A DNA stretch of 62,897 bases, filler included, from Globobulimina sp. (taxonomy: Eukaryota), in NCBI GenBank assembly GCA_003354225.1. It is 48 parts of 48 records of this genome, joined end to end, with 100 filler letters (N's around TTAATTAATTAA, not from the genome) between each part and the next. Parts side by side here need not be neighbours in the genome. Positions count along the whole stretch, not along the records: positions 61,687 to 62,897 come from PIVH01020886.1; 47 more parts are not named here. One strand, 5' to 3'. Under the pieces are notes generated by a model. That model was given only the letters and a program-made list of their open reading frames with translations. It made no database searches and was not told the DNA's origin. Position 1 is the stretch's first letter. Each line of letters opens with the position of its first letter. The position numbers and the translations under genes were made by a program. This document shows positions 61,687 to 62,897 of this stretch, in pieces.

Positions 61687-62380
61687 TGCCGTCATCATTT
61701 GCTTGCTTTGCTTTCTTAAAACTGTCAGAGTGAAAATATTATATATTAATATAGATATCAATCATATACTATATATACCTTCGTATAGCAAAATCATCCT
61801 GTTCATCTCGTGTAATTTTGTGTTTTTTTGCGCATATTTCCGCACAATTTCCCATGTGTTGATCAGTAAAAGCATCCCACAAACCATCTTTTATCATGCC
61901 ATCAACCATGATTTGATTCGTCATTTTAACACCAAATCGATATCCATTCACATAATACGGCACATTACTCATCGATTCCATACCTCCACAGCACACAATA
62001 TCATTATGTCCAATCATAATAGATTGTGCACCAAACATAATTGATTTCATTCCCGATGAACATAGCTTGTTGATGGTAGTACATGGCACAGAGTTAGGAA
62101 TTCCTGACGCAATCGATGCTTGCCGACAACTGTTTTGTCCTACATTTGCTTGTAGTGCATTACCAAAGATACATTCTTCAATATCGTTGGGATTTATTCC
62201 ACATTTTGATAAGGCACCTTTGATGATTTGTGATGCAATCTGTGGTGCAGACAGTGGAGATAAACAACCACCAAAGGTTCCAATAGGACTACGTAATGCG
62301 GACACAATGTATACACCACGATCTTTGAGTGACGCGATGTAAGATGCAGATGTGTCGATTTTCTTTTCTTCTTGAGACAT
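61687..62380 (-). CDS. Acetyl-CoA acetyltransferase (thiolase II), N-terminal part (intron 61722-61778)
   Basis: SALRSPIGTFGG, FGNALQANVGQ, TTINKLCSSGMKSI, GGMESMSNVP, DGLWDAF..HMGNCAE and REQDDFAIRS after splicing. Confidence 0.96.
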
Positions 62381-62897
62381 GTCAGATGTTTGTTTGATAT
62401 GTTAATTTAAAAAGATTGATTTAAAAACTTTTTTCTTCTGAGCCATCATTTACAAGTTATATGTTTGGTTGCGTATTGTAAATATTGACAGATTTAAGCA
62501 AACAAATATTGACAGAGTATCATCTGAAAATACATTACATTATTAATTATAATATTAGAACGTGCACATCGGTGTTTTAATAGACAACATGCAAAGCAAT
62601 AGTAACAACAATAATAACGCCGGTAATAATAACTCATCAAATTTTCGTTTACAACAAGCAATAAAGACTCAAGAAATACAAAGTAATTATTTGGGTAGAC
62701 TCGATTCATTAATTGATTCATTGTTAAATACAAATCATCAAAATATTATTTTACCTACACTGGCAACACACAATTATTTCCTATCAATGCCACCATCGAC
62801 ACCATCGATGATTGTAAACAATAATGTCAATATAAATAATTGCCCATTGAAATACACGTTGCCACCCTTTTTACCACAAATAAACCCATGCACAACA

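Overview
This window is not a contiguous locus. It is 48 unrelated short contigs (1214 down to 1211 bp, length-sorted) joined by an artificial 100-nt linker (N44-TTAATTAATTAA-N44, stops in all six frames), so gene order means nothing across linkers. Most contigs are AT-rich eukaryotic DNA with short GT-AG introns. The gene-family flavour (kelch, divergent G-alpha and actin, PT-repeat membrane proteins) suggests a rhizarian or foraminiferan protist, but that is inference. Recognisable eukaryotic genes include CK2-alpha, an E2 enzyme, RRP40, P5C dehydrogenase, an RNAi RdRP, an eRF3-like GTPase, Rab GDI, VPS9, an inositol 5-phosphatase, CNOT9 and thiolase. Two contigs are bacterial (wbpB-wbpD fusion plus wbpI start; znuC-znuB) and one is a T4-like phage fragment. 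Mobile elements include DIRS, LINE, a Polinton pPolB remnant, several inverted-repeat elements and a tRNA-derived repeat. The best leads are an in-frame TAG at a conserved Gln of the bacterial WbpB-WbpD fusion, a tandem multi-globin, an intron-bearing MSP130/choice-of-anchor-I gene, a probable membrane-anchored transglutaminase-LNR fusion, an actin with a ~35-aa insert, and a Transib-like element with an RSS-like end. I could not support any multi-gene novel system. All family calls come from motif recognition by eye; no searches were run.
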